From: a virus
Lineage: Duplodnaviria > Caudoviricetes
DNA length: 25,588 nt
Virus record (IMG/VR): IMGVR_UViG_3300028585_000061
Span: 1-25,588 of that record
Direction: 5' to 3' (one strand)
The translations under genes and the position numbers were made by a program. The notes under the pieces were generated by a model. That model worked only from the letters and a program-made list of their open reading frames with translations. It was not told the origin of the DNA and ran no database searches. Below, in pieces: positions 1-9,030 of the stretch (its first letter is position 1; each line of letters begins with the position of its first letter).

Positions 1-153
1 ACTGAAGGCCGTCCATACGACCATTAATTATATTAGCTGATTGCAATGAATTAATGACCATTGTGCGGGCAAGCTTCTTGGTATCGTTTACGTAAATTGT
101 ATAGTCCACATTTAAATTCATGCTATTCTCCCACTGCAAGGAGCCTCTTTAAA

Positions 154-3015
154 ATGGCCGAATCGAATCGCTTGGCGGGCACTAGAAAAGCTGCTACACC
201 AAAAATAAATTTACTCAATAAAGATCCTGCGACGAAGACGATCATTGAGATGTTGGTTCCTAAAGACAACAAACCAAAAGATAAAAATCGGAGCACGGGT
301 GGCAAGCGCCAGAATAACAGCACTGGGCCTAATCCTGGTATGTTGTCACAGATCTCAAAGATCACTAGCACGAGCATCGATTCAAACACTGAGCTGATGG
401 AAAGCGTGCCGGGTGCAATCAAGGCTTGCAAGATCCTTACGGCGTCTATTCTTTCTCCTCGCAATTTACGCACCGTTTCACTGTCGTATACTACTGAGTC
501 GTACGAAGGGAAGAATACCGAGCTTAACATGATGTTAATCTCTGCAGTGCGTGAGTACATAGAAAAGAACTATAAAATTACTAAGAAGTTGTCAGAGATC
601 GTTCCTGACATGCTAATGTATACTGGTTCTTCTGCCTGGGTGGTGCTCTCACAGTCCTCTCTCGATAACGTGATCAATGGTCATACCCGTGGTTCCGGTA
701 TGGAAGCCATTGCTGACGATTACGATGCGAAGGCTAACCGTTTTCTTTCTAAAGGGTATCTGGGCAACCCTGGTACCAGTAATCTCCTTATGACCGCGTC
801 ATTAGAAAGTCTGATGGCTGGTGAAACACCGTTGATGACGATTGATCACTTAGAGATCGATTCGAAGAACGAGCTGGGGATCACTATTACCGATAATGAC
901 GCTGTGCTTGCGATGCCGCGCTTTAAGCTCGCTCTGGCTCGTAATAACATGGCAAAACGCCAACGTATCCCTGCGGGCATTCGTCGGGCAGGTGTTGAAG
1001 CGTATGATGATAAAGGTAAGGGTAAGTCGAAAGACAAATCCGACTCTAAAATCAATCAGACGAACGTACTGACTGATGAACAGTACACCGACATCTACAA
1101 CGATCTGTTTAAGCAACGTGACTACGTAGCGACCGGCATGGTGTCTGTTAGCCGTGACGACGAGTTATCTCGTGAGAACGTAGGTCAGCCACTGTTGATG
1201 CATCTGCCATCAGAGTGCGTGATCCCTGTTCATGTACCGGGTGACTTCAAACACCGTGTGGGTTATTTCGTATTACTTGATGATAGCGGTAACCCACTGC
1301 GCACTGCACAGAACGATGCGTACTATCAAGACCTCTTCAAAAACAAGCAAGATACCAACAACGGTATCGACAGCACCAAAGGTATCATTGAAATGGCGAC
1401 CCAGATGAAATCTGGTGGTAAGTGCGCTTTCGATACTACGGCGTTTTATGCAAAGTATGTTGAAGAGGTTGAGAAAGACCTGGTGCAGCGTTTGGCTAAC
1501 GGGACTTACGGTCAGACAATGACTGTTGGTTTGACCAACGAAGTCATGCGTATCATGTTTGCACGCACGTTGCAGAACCTGCAGACTAAAGTGCTTTATA
1601 TCCCTGAAGAGTCAATGACCTACTTTGCGTTTGACTACAACCGCTTTGGTATCGGTCGTTCGTTGCTGGATAAATCACGTCTGTATGCGTCAATGGCCAT
1701 GTCGAACATCATCGCTACTACCATGGCGAACATTGCTAACTCTGTGAATATCACAACGCTTGATATCCCACTGGATGAAGAAGATACAGAGCCAGAGAAT
1801 ACGATTGAAGATGTTATCTCGACACATCTGAACTCGACACTCGGTCTCTCTTCTATTATTGGTGCGAGAAACCCACGCGACGTGTGTAACATCATGGATG
1901 CGGCAAGTGTCATCGTGAAAACTGGCGGTAACGATCACTACCCTTCTATTAACGTGGACATGACGCACTCTAAACGCGACATCACACCACCGGACGTAGA
2001 ATGGAACGATCGTCTGATGGAGTTCCTCTCTCAGATGTGGGGTGTACGTCCTGAACTGATCTCGTCACAAAACGATATCAAGTTTGCGATTGAACACATC
2101 AACAACGATGCTTTGTTCTGTCAAGAGATTGTCGAGAACCAGCGTATCGTTTGTGGTCACGCCTCTGACCTGGTTCGTAAGCTTACCTTTAAATCGGGTA
2201 ACCTCATGAATGCACTCTATGAGATCATCATGGAGAACAAGAAACTCTGGGCACCGTCTTCTGCTAAAGGCAAGAAGATGATGGAGGAATTCAAAGAACA
2301 GAACCCGGATGTCGCTAATAACGATGAGGCGATTGCTAACCGTCTTCTGACCAACTTCATCAACTCGATCATCACTACCCTGCCTGAGCCTGAAACGACA
2401 GACATGGAAGACCTGACCCGTGCTTACCAGACACAACGTGAGTTCACCGAAGCTGCTATTAATGACCGCTTCCCGAACACCACGCTGACCAAGTTCCTGG
2501 AAGGTAGCGACGAAGATCTGGAAACCTGGCGTCAAGAACTCATCGCGATGTACATGCGTAAATGGATGGATGATTCTGGTAATGCCGAACGTTTTGCTAT
2601 TCTGAATGATTTGGGTGACGATACGAACCAGACTGCTGCATTGTTAGCTGAGATCATCAACTACAATGAAGGTGTGTGGGAAGGGATCTTAACCTATCTG
2701 AAAGATAAGAAGAAAGTTGAGGACAAACTGCAGGGGAAATACGACAAGCTGAAAGAAGGTGATCAGTTAGGCGATACCGCAGCTAACCCAATGGCGGAAC
2801 CTGCACAGGAGTTTGATACAGACGGTAATCAAATCGATCCGAGTGCAGCGCCAACAGAACCGGTGTTCACGGAACCGAAACCTGACGATGAGCCGCGTGA
2901 TGAAAACAACGACGATGAAAATTCTGATTTGAATCCTGACGGTACACCTAAGTTACCTGACCCGACCGATGATGATTTCAACGACAACGACGACGGTCCT
3001 AAGTTCTCGTTCTAA
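154..3015 (+). CDS. Portal protein of phiKZ-like jumbo phage (phiKZ gp129-like), about 953 aa
   Basis: Long ORF. Start moved from TTG 61 to ATG 154 because AAGGAG lies at 138-143. Size, position near the nvRNAP/capsid/helicase block, segments such as VIPVHVPGDFKHRVGYFVLLDDSGNPL and FAFDYNRFGIGRSLL, candidate protease sites (GME, SLE, GVE) and an acidic C-tail match my recollection of phiKZ-family portals. Confidence 0.8.
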   Translation: MAESNRLAGTRKAATPKINLLNKDPATKTIIEMLVPKDNKPKDKNRSTGGKRQNNSTGPNPGMLSQISKITSTSIDSNTELMESVPGAIKACKILTASILSPRNLRTVSLSYTTESYEGKNTELNMMLISAVREYIEKNYKITKKLSEIVPDMLMYTGSSAWVVLSQSSLDNVINGHTRGSGMEAIADDYDAKANRFLSKGYLGNPGTSNLLMTASLESLMAGETPLMTIDHLEIDSKNELGITITDNDAVLAMPRFKLALARNNMAKRQRIPAGIRRAGVEAYDDKGKGKSKDKSDSKINQTNVLTDEQYTDIYNDLFKQRDYVATGMVSVSRDDELSRENVGQPLLMHLPSECVIPVHVPGDFKHRVGYFVLLDDSGNPLRTAQNDAYYQDLFKNKQDTNNGIDSTKGIIEMATQMKSGGKCAFDTTAFYAKYVEEVEKDLVQRLANGTYGQTMTVGLTNEVMRIMFARTLQNLQTKVLYIPEESMTYFAFDYNRFGIGRSLLDKSRLYASMAMSNIIATTMANIANSVNITTLDIPLDEEDTEPENTIEDVISTHLNSTLGLSSIIGARNPRDVCNIMDAASVIVKTGGNDHYPSINVDMTHSKRDITPPDVEWNDRLMEFLSQMWGVRPELISSQNDIKFAIEHINNDALFCQEIVENQRIVCGHASDLVRKLTFKSGNLMNALYEIIMENKKLWAPSSAKGKKMMEEFKEQNPDVANNDEAIANRLLTNFINSIITTLPEPETTDMEDLTRAYQTQREFTEAAINDRFPNTTLTKFLEGSDEDLETWRQELIAMYMRKWMDDSGNAERFAILNDLGDDTNQTAALLAEIINYNEGVWEGILTYLKDKKKVEDKLQGKYDKLKEGDQLGDTAANPMAEPAQEFDTDGNQIDPSAAPTEPVFTEPKPDDEPRDENNDDENSDLNPDGTPKLPDPTDDDFNDNDDGPKFSF

Positions 3016-3018
3016 ACC

Positions 3019-3076
3019 AAAAAAAAAAGAAGCATAGCAGAGAAGATCTCCCGTCGTGGGAGATCTTCTCTTATGC
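3019..3076. terminator. Probable bidirectional intrinsic terminator between convergent genes
   Basis: Perfect 14-bp stem AGAGAAGATCTCCC / GGGAGATCTTCTCT (3039-3071), outer GCATA/TATGC arms, and an A10 run at 3019-3028 (U-tract on the minus strand). Confidence 0.85.
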
Positions 3077-3079
3077 CGG

Positions 3080-3253
3080 TTAGTGTATGCGTGGAATGCC
3101 ATAGTCTCGTTCAGTGTGCTTAGGTTCGCGTGGGATGATTTTCCACACCCCATCAACCAGCTTGAGACTTGCGCGGATGTGCACAGTTTCAGGTCTTACT
3201 CTACCAATAGATCGCATAATACGTTTAGGACCGGTTGCTATACTTCTCGCCAT
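3080..3253 (-). CDS. Small basic hypothetical protein, 57 aa (MARSIATGPKRIMRSIGRVRPETVHIRASLKLVDGVWKIIPREPKHTERDYGIPRIH), absent from the ORF track
   Basis: ATG at 3253 is preceded by GAGG overlapping the upstream TGA (TGAGGTACTATG). TAA at 3082-3080 ends just before the terminator, so the ORF fills the gap exactly. Confidence 0.7.
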   Translation of the reverse strand: MARSIATGPKRIMRSIGRVRPETVHIRASLKLVDGVWKIIPREPKHTERDYGIPRIH

Positions 3254-3259
3254 AGTACC

Positions 3260-3571
3260 TCACTGTTCTGGGTTAGTTGCTGCGTTAAAGAAAGTTTGTG
3301 TTGTTCTATTAGAAGACTCGAAGCTTTCCTTAATATCGGCAAAGGGTGGAATTTCAAATGCGTACTCATGCCCAAGGGTGGTGTTGTAAACCACGTGGAT
3401 GACATCACCTTTTAATGTCATAATCATACGATGGGGTCTGAGCAAACGTGTAGCATTTAACGCGTGCCAAACGTCAACAATGGTGTCTATGTATGCTTTT
3501 GCTGAAGAAGCGGTTATACACGCGCTGAAGCGCTCTCGTACGTTATTGTGAGTTAGTTGCATAATGGGCAT
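3260..3571 (-). CDS. Hypothetical protein, about 100-103 aa
   Basis: Co-oriented with its neighbours and fills the gap. Its stop overlaps the SD of the next gene. The start may be 3571 or 3562. Confidence 0.6.
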   Translation of the reverse strand: MPIMQLTHNNVRERFSACITASSAKAYIDTIVDVWHALNATRLLRPHRMIMTLKGDVIHVVYNTTLGHEYAFEIPPFADIKESFESSNRTTQTFFNAATNPEQ

Positions 3572-3602
3572 AAAGGAGGACCGAAGCCCTCCTCCTTATG
3601 TC
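3567..3602 (-). terminator. GC-rich hairpin with cUUCGg loop (minus strand) right after the 841-aa gene
   Basis: Minus strand reads GACATAAGGAGGAGGGC-TTCG-GTCCTCCTTTATGCC, with CATAA/TTATG outer arms and only a short U-tract. Confidence 0.65.
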
Positions 3603-6126
3603 ACTCGAAGTTCACGATGAACACAGAGCCGTCACCAAAGCCGCCACGGCAGAAGTTCATGAAACGACCATCGGTAGTGACCACACGATGCTTAGTGTAA
3701 CGCACATCATGTTTACCGGTACGTTCCAGAATACCCTGCAGTACGCTGTACAGATATGGCGAGTCAGTCTGATTGACCGCAAAGATACGATCTTTGTTAT
3801 CGATCTTCAGATCACGAGTAGAACGGTTGAGCTGCGTAACACTGACTGCAGACAACCCGATCATCATGTTACTGGTTGCTTCGAGTAGACCTTCCAGATC
3901 ATCACCAGTCGCATAACGACGCGCCAGGATGTTCTGTGAGGCTTTCAGTGGCTCGTCAGTTAAGATGATACACAGACGCTCACGCAGAGGCACCCAGCGT
4001 TTATGGATGAGTTCCAGGACTTCGCGGTTATCATCGGTCTGATCCATGTAGAGAACGAATTCTACCAGTTCATCTTCGAGATTTACCGGAAGACCGTTTT
4101 CATCCACACCCGTAAACAGCAACTGACCAGAGTACGCATATTCGTGCGTTAACACGTCATTGAGCACTTCGGTCATGTGTGTGGTGATTTTGTTCAGTGC
4201 CTGTGTAGACATCACACCGCTTTCACGTGCTGCACGGATCGCCTGCGACAGTTCCATCAGGTTATTGATACGGCTACGCTGAGACAGTGGTTTGATCTCA
4301 TCAGACAACACCACATCGTTGACGTTCTTTGCAGTCTGCAATACGATCGCTTCACGATAGTAATACTCATAGCCGTGTTTGTTGCTATTGAGCTTCTGCA
4401 GTTCACCTGCACGACCGGCAATCAGGATGGCCGCTTCTTGACGACAAGAAACAGTCACAGGTTTTGCCACAACAAAGATATCTTTGTCTTTGAGCGCTTC
4501 TGTGACCTTCACCGGATCCTTATCGTTTTCTTTCACCACTTTATTAGCCGTATCAACAAGTGTTGCGACCAATGGGGTGAACAGCGCCACTTGCTCACGT
4601 GCACCTTCCAATGCAGTGTTGTCGTCCAGTGAGCTGATGTCATGACGAAGTCTGTCCATGGTTACTCCTACGATTTTCTGTTCAATATCGCCTTGTTCAC
4701 CATAGCGATACAGACGGGTCATGTAAGTGCGGTCATAATGCATCGGGACCGGGCTCTTACGATTGCGTTTAGCCTTTACCATCAGATTCAGGAATTCACC
4801 CACTTCCAGATCTTCAGTGTAGAGCCAGCCGTCTGGCAAACCATCTTTAGACAGTTCAGATTCTTTCTGCACAACCACCTGTGGTAATTGCTCAGTTGGA
4901 ACCTGTACCTGTTGCTGGATCGCTTCCATTGGCGGTGGCGTCATAGCTTGCTCAGCTGCGGAACTGAGATTAGCATTCTGACCAGAGACACCGAAGATGC
5001 TAGAGAAACTTGGATAAGGATTCTGATGCTCATCAGTATTGTTACCCGCATTAATTGCCAACATCTCTTCGTGCTCTGCCTGCGGTACATTGAACATCGC
5101 TTCTTCGTCCTGCTCCTCCTGAACGGACATCACTTGATCGAAGTTAATGTCGCTCGGGGGAATCATGGCAGCTTGCGCGTTCATGTCGTTCTGCAGATTA
5201 GGCGTAGAGTACTCCTGCAATACACCTTGTTGATGCAGTGGTTGTTGTGGCTGCTGCGCCTGGGTAGTGACCAGCGGTGGCATTGTGACACGTGCTTCAC
5301 TGGTTCCAATCGGCGGTACAGTTACCGGTTGAATACCCGATACATTGTTAACAGGTTTGTTTTCAATTGCAGCCGGACCATAATACTTACCGTCAGCAGG
5401 TTTAGGTGGCAACTGTGCGCGAGCATCACTCATGCCATAGTTGTCGTTCGCATGCTGATTGTAAGTATTGAACTGCTGTGGCGCTTGCAGGACGTTATAG
5501 CCGGACATTTGTTGCTGCTGCTGTGGAACGTAACCAGGTTGCGGCATCATCTGCGCGTTATAACCTGGTGCCATTCCATATTGCGGCATCATTTGGTTCT
5601 GCAGCTGATAACCCGGTACCTGCAGTTGGACGATAGGCAATTGTAACTGAGAGAAACTCTGATTCATTGCCTGCTGTAAACGCGGGATGTTCTGCACCAG
5701 GGCCGAAACAGTCTGCGGAGGTAACATCTGCACCATCTGCGGTTGTTTCATCAGCTCCTGAATTGCAGTAATCTCATACGCATCCGTTACCGCTGCCGCT
5801 TGCAGCTGCTGCGGATGTTGACCCGGTGCAGTTTGCATGCCCAACATATACATCGCGAGCACGGTGTTCACAGCGGACTGGAACTCGGCGTTTTGATAGT
5901 TATTTTGGGTGTAGCGGTTGTAGATATACGAGGTAAGCTGGTTTTGTTGAGACTGGGTAGCCTGATTGATAAACTTCGCAAAAGCTTGGGCTAACGCTTG
6001 TTTATCGATTTGAGGAGCTTGCTGCTGTTGCATCATCTGCGGTTGCATCATTTGTTGCGGATACATTTGCTGCTGAGGATACATCGGCACTCCTTGACCC
6101 ATCATCGCCGGATACATGTTGCTCAT
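3601..6126 (-). CDS. Hypothetical 841-aa protein: Q/P/M-rich low-complexity N-terminal half plus folded C-terminal domain
   Basis: ATG with AAGGA SD. Repeats such as MYPQQQMYPQQMMQPQMMQQQQ are visible. It lies directly downstream of the nvRNAP subunit gene. Confidence 0.85.
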   Translation of the reverse strand: MSNMYPAMMGQGVPMYPQQQMYPQQMMQPQMMQQQQAPQIDKQALAQAFAKFINQATQSQQNQLTSYIYNRYTQNNYQNAEFQSAVNTVLAMYMLGMQTAPGQHPQQLQAAAVTDAYEITAIQELMKQPQMVQMLPPQTVSALVQNIPRLQQAMNQSFSQLQLPIVQLQVPGYQLQNQMMPQYGMAPGYNAQMMPQPGYVPQQQQQMSGYNVLQAPQQFNTYNQHANDNYGMSDARAQLPPKPADGKYYGPAAIENKPVNNVSGIQPVTVPPIGTSEARVTMPPLVTTQAQQPQQPLHQQGVLQEYSTPNLQNDMNAQAAMIPPSDINFDQVMSVQEEQDEEAMFNVPQAEHEEMLAINAGNNTDEHQNPYPSFSSIFGVSGQNANLSSAAEQAMTPPPMEAIQQQVQVPTEQLPQVVVQKESELSKDGLPDGWLYTEDLEVGEFLNLMVKAKRNRKSPVPMHYDRTYMTRLYRYGEQGDIEQKIVGVTMDRLRHDISSLDDNTALEGAREQVALFTPLVATLVDTANKVVKENDKDPVKVTEALKDKDIFVVAKPVTVSCRQEAAILIAGRAGELQKLNSNKHGYEYYYREAIVLQTAKNVNDVVLSDEIKPLSQRSRINNLMELSQAIRAARESGVMSTQALNKITTHMTEVLNDVLTHEYAYSGQLLFTGVDENGLPVNLEDELVEFVLYMDQTDDNREVLELIHKRWVPLRERLCIILTDEPLKASQNILARRYATGDDLEGLLEATSNMMIGLSAVSVTQLNRSTRDLKIDNKDRIFAVNQTDSPYLYSVLQGILERTGKHDVRYTKHRVVTTDGRFMNFCRGGFGDGSVFIVNFE

Positions 6127-6261
6127 AACGGTTTCCTTTTACAGACCAAGGTGATCTGTTCTACAAAGTGGTAATTACTCGACTTAACTTACAAGCTCGG
6201 CTGCACGAACTTCGTCGACGGTTGATCATGAATCGGTTGAGACAAGTCTGTTGACGATTTC

Positions 6262-6275
6262 ATAATGTAGGCTCA
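6262..6275 (-). promoter_or_regulatory. Putative early (virion RNAP) promoter element CCTACATTAT
   Basis: Intergenic copy of a motif also at about 9032-9045 and 18245-18260. It resembles the phiKZ early consensus TATATTAC. Confidence 0.5.
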
Positions 6276-7964
6276 TTAAATATTGCGGCGTGTAATAATG
6301 CTCTGCACGTGATTGAAGAGTTCTTCGTGAACCTTCGATGGCAGGAATTTATCATTGACCAGCAACTTAAAAGGGTTAATTAGTGATCTACCAGTTGGAT
6401 CCGGTTTGGTTACGTGGAGATAAGAACCGCAATCTGCGATACTCACATCCAATCCTTTCGACTCATCGTTCATTGGAGATTCGTTGCGTCGTCCACCTGA
6501 TTGCGTTGCGTTTTGCTGTAGTGTGATCTTATTATTTATTTTAAACATCTTGTTATCACCAGGTGCAGCTACAGAGCTAATCATGCCATGGTCTGGCCCT
6601 TTCACTTTGTTAATTGCTTCTGGTTTCAAGTTGCGGCCTAGGACGTCAAATAACGTATCCTCACTGAACACCATGACTTCTTCCCCGGTGGTCGTGTCAA
6701 TAGCCCGCTTCTTACATTGTTGCATTAGATTGAACTTGGTATAGAAGATACCATGGATGATCGGCGACAGCACATATGGTAGGACAACCAGTTTCTTGTT
6801 GTACATGCTTGCCAGGTTAACGGTATTGATCAGATAATCCAGGTTGGAGATGAGATAGGACATCAGTTCATAGATGTCTTCACACAACACCCCTTCGTTT
6901 GCCAGGTTCTCTTTTGCAATGTCGTCCAAATACGTATCAAGCGATGCAAAGTGTGGAGAGAGATACTCCGTCATCTGCACATACTTAACCGTTTTGTTAA
7001 AGACCATCTTACCCATCATCAGACGCCAGTGATCAGGTTCGTCAGAGTGCATCGGATTGAATTCATGGGTATAACAATCAGCGACATAGAAGTAGCCTGC
7101 AACAAGGATGTCGATAATCGGGGTAGGGTTATTCGTTCTTACCGCTAATGCAGCAGAGGTCGGTACCCATTCCTGAGAAGGACGCTTGTTGTTCGGATGG
7201 GTTTGTTTGGCCGAGTAGAAACGAGTCCACTCTTTATCGGGATAGTTCTCTGCTGTAATATCCAGCTCAGAACCATACACGATGTCCACACCCGCGTACT
7301 TCTTAAAAGTATATGTTACACCGTACTTCGCAAACAGATAGTGAGGGAGGGATGTCACCGGCGCTGTCTTTGCAGAGTTTGCTTTCTGTTGCTTAGGACG
7401 ATAGATCTTACTCCACGGGATGTTGATATGTTTCTGTACACGTGTACGCTTTTGCGTGATATCAATGACGTCACGACAGATGGTGTGACCAGTTCGCTTC
7501 ACAACGATCTTGTCACAAGTCACGCGAAAGAAACAACCATCTCGAGTTACTGAGATACCCGGATCTTCAAGTACTGGCGTGATGGTGTGCGCTGTCCCGC
7601 GCAAATGCATCAGCCCCGTATCATCACAATACGGTATATAAAGCAACAATGGTTTAGTGGGTTTGTTATCGATCGTGAAATTGAACTTCACCAGGAACAC
7701 ATCAGATCTGGCTAATTCATAACGCGCCTTTGAAGCTGTAGTGCCACCATTCCTTTTCAGGCTAAAGCGATACTCTTCATCAGGACGACAACGACTATAC
7801 CCTGTGTACTTTATATTTGACCCTAGGCTGCCAAACGCGCTATGGAAGACGTTGTTGAGAAATTCCAACGCTTTATCCAACTCACGTTTTACGAATCCAT
7901 TACTAATGTCTGGATTCATCCATGGCACAATATTTTTTATGGCGGTTTCGAGCAACGGGTCCAT
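6276..7964 (-). CDS. Non-virion multisubunit RNA polymerase, beta-like N-terminal subunit (phiKZ gp123-like), 562 aa
   Basis: The N-terminus MDPLL...MNPDISNG, YTGYSRCRPDEEY, LYIPYCDDTGLMHLRG, TSLPHYLFAKYG, a C-terminal KPDPTGRSLINPF, the size and the position two genes from the capsid gene all fit this family. GAGGT SD present. Confidence 0.85.
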   Translation of the reverse strand: MDPLLETAIKNIVPWMNPDISNGFVKRELDKALEFLNNVFHSAFGSLGSNIKYTGYSRCRPDEEYRFSLKRNGGTTASKARYELARSDVFLVKFNFTIDNKPTKPLLLYIPYCDDTGLMHLRGTAHTITPVLEDPGISVTRDGCFFRVTCDKIVVKRTGHTICRDVIDITQKRTRVQKHINIPWSKIYRPKQQKANSAKTAPVTSLPHYLFAKYGVTYTFKKYAGVDIVYGSELDITAENYPDKEWTRFYSAKQTHPNNKRPSQEWVPTSAALAVRTNNPTPIIDILVAGYFYVADCYTHEFNPMHSDEPDHWRLMMGKMVFNKTVKYVQMTEYLSPHFASLDTYLDDIAKENLANEGVLCEDIYELMSYLISNLDYLINTVNLASMYNKKLVVLPYVLSPIIHGIFYTKFNLMQQCKKRAIDTTTGEEVMVFSEDTLFDVLGRNLKPEAINKVKGPDHGMISSVAAPGDNKMFKINNKITLQQNATQSGGRRNESPMNDESKGLDVSIADCGSYLHVTKPDPTGRSLINPFKLLVNDKFLPSKVHEELFNHVQSIITRRNI

Positions 7965-7968
7965 TGAG

Positions 7969-8967
7969 TTACCTCAAGAGTTTAACAATACCGATCGTAG
8001 CGGTTACGAGTTTGATGAGCTCCGTTATCCCTTTGTTGAGAACCATAGTGCTGTCCTGTTTCTCTTTTGCCTTGAATCCCTCAATCTGAGCTTCCAGTTG
8101 AGTTATTCTATCCTGCGCCTTCCTTTCCTTCCCTTTTGCAACATCCAATGCATTATAAGCCGCATCCAATTGTTTATCCCCACGATGTCGCGCTTCACCA
8201 ATCGTCGAATACAATCCGTATTGATCAGCGTTTGTTACAATCTTTTCCATGGGAACGAATCGAGTACGACTATCCCGTCTATTACGGTTAGGCCGTGTCA
8301 CTGGACTATCACCGATGAAGTAAAGACCGTCAGCGGACTCGGCCCCCAATCCTTCAGTTGGTATAAGCTCAAAGACATCACCTCCGATGTTCATGTACTT
8401 TGGGCCTAATTGCATCTGCGAATCTACCAGCTTTACTGCGTATGTCACTAAGCCAGCATAATCGTCCTTTATTTTTTCTGCCAGAATTTGTTGCTTTGCG
8501 CTGACAGAATAAGGATGCAGTTCTGTTTCTTCGATCTGATTGGTCGATAACACCATGTCCAATACAGAGAAATAGAACGCTCCATCAAAACGATCAAAGT
8601 AGTCTTGCGTGAATGTGTACATTACTCTACCAACAAAGTAATTACCCATTTCTCTCACACGACGTTCTCTAATAGCTCCGATAGATTTTGCTATCACGGC
8701 GTATTCAGGCGGCAGCTCCTCAATTGATTTATTATTAATGTCGAGAAATACTTGCTCTTTAATTTGAAACTCGAGCATGATCTCTACACGATTAGAGACA
8801 CCCCCACCAAACATCTTGCCAGGGATTACGTTATCCATGCCACTTCGATGACGGACTACCAAGGGTGATCTCAATTCTGACTTAATGAAATAACTTATCT
8901 TACAATCTGAATCATAGTTGAAGTGTGCTTGGCTTGACACCTCGTTGAATTGATGGTCATGAGACAT
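7969..8967 (-). CDS. Conserved hypothetical protein between capsid and nvRNAP genes (phiKZ gp122-like by synteny), 332 aa
   Basis: Clean ORF ending 4 nt before the RNAP gene start. Has a C-terminal coiled-coil followed by an amphipathic/hydrophobic terminal helix. Confidence 0.75.
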   Translation of the reverse strand: MSHDHQFNEVSSQAHFNYDSDCKISYFIKSELRSPLVVRHRSGMDNVIPGKMFGGGVSNRVEIMLEFQIKEQVFLDINNKSIEELPPEYAVIAKSIGAIRERRVREMGNYFVGRVMYTFTQDYFDRFDGAFYFSVLDMVLSTNQIEETELHPYSVSAKQQILAEKIKDDYAGLVTYAVKLVDSQMQLGPKYMNIGGDVFELIPTEGLGAESADGLYFIGDSPVTRPNRNRRDSRTRFVPMEKIVTNADQYGLYSTIGEARHRGDKQLDAAYNALDVAKGKERKAQDRITQLEAQIEGFKAKEKQDSTMVLNKGITELIKLVTATIGIVKLLR

Positions 8968-9030
8968 AAACCTAACCCCGTCATGATGTAAGGCTTCAAC
9001 TAAACATTAGCGTTACTATTACATCACAAT

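Noticed and set aside
1-16. Possible start (ATG at 16, MDGLQ...) of a divergent minus-strand gene leaving the window
   Set aside because: Only five codons are visible and the SD is weak, so it cannot be supported.
61-153. TTG-started 31-aa N-terminal extension of the portal ORF
   Set aside because: No SD at 61, while a clear AAGGAG precedes ATG 154.
3056-3415. Plus-strand ORFs 3056-3415 and 3114-3389
   Set aside because: They start within or just after the terminator, lack SDs, and are antisense to two well-fitting minus-strand genes.
4177-5994. Long antisense ORFs (151, 81, 252 and 83 aa) opposite the Q-rich gene, and similar shadows opposite portal and capsid
   Set aside because: Shadow frames caused by codon bias and low complexity, with no SDs and implausible composition.
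6276-7964. Intron or intein in the RNAP subunit (also considered for helicase and capsid)
   Set aside because: The ORFs are continuous and of expected size, with no intein-terminal or homing-endonuclease motifs seen.
7741-8409. 222-aa plus-strand ORF
   Set aside because: Antisense across two real genes, with no recognisable features.
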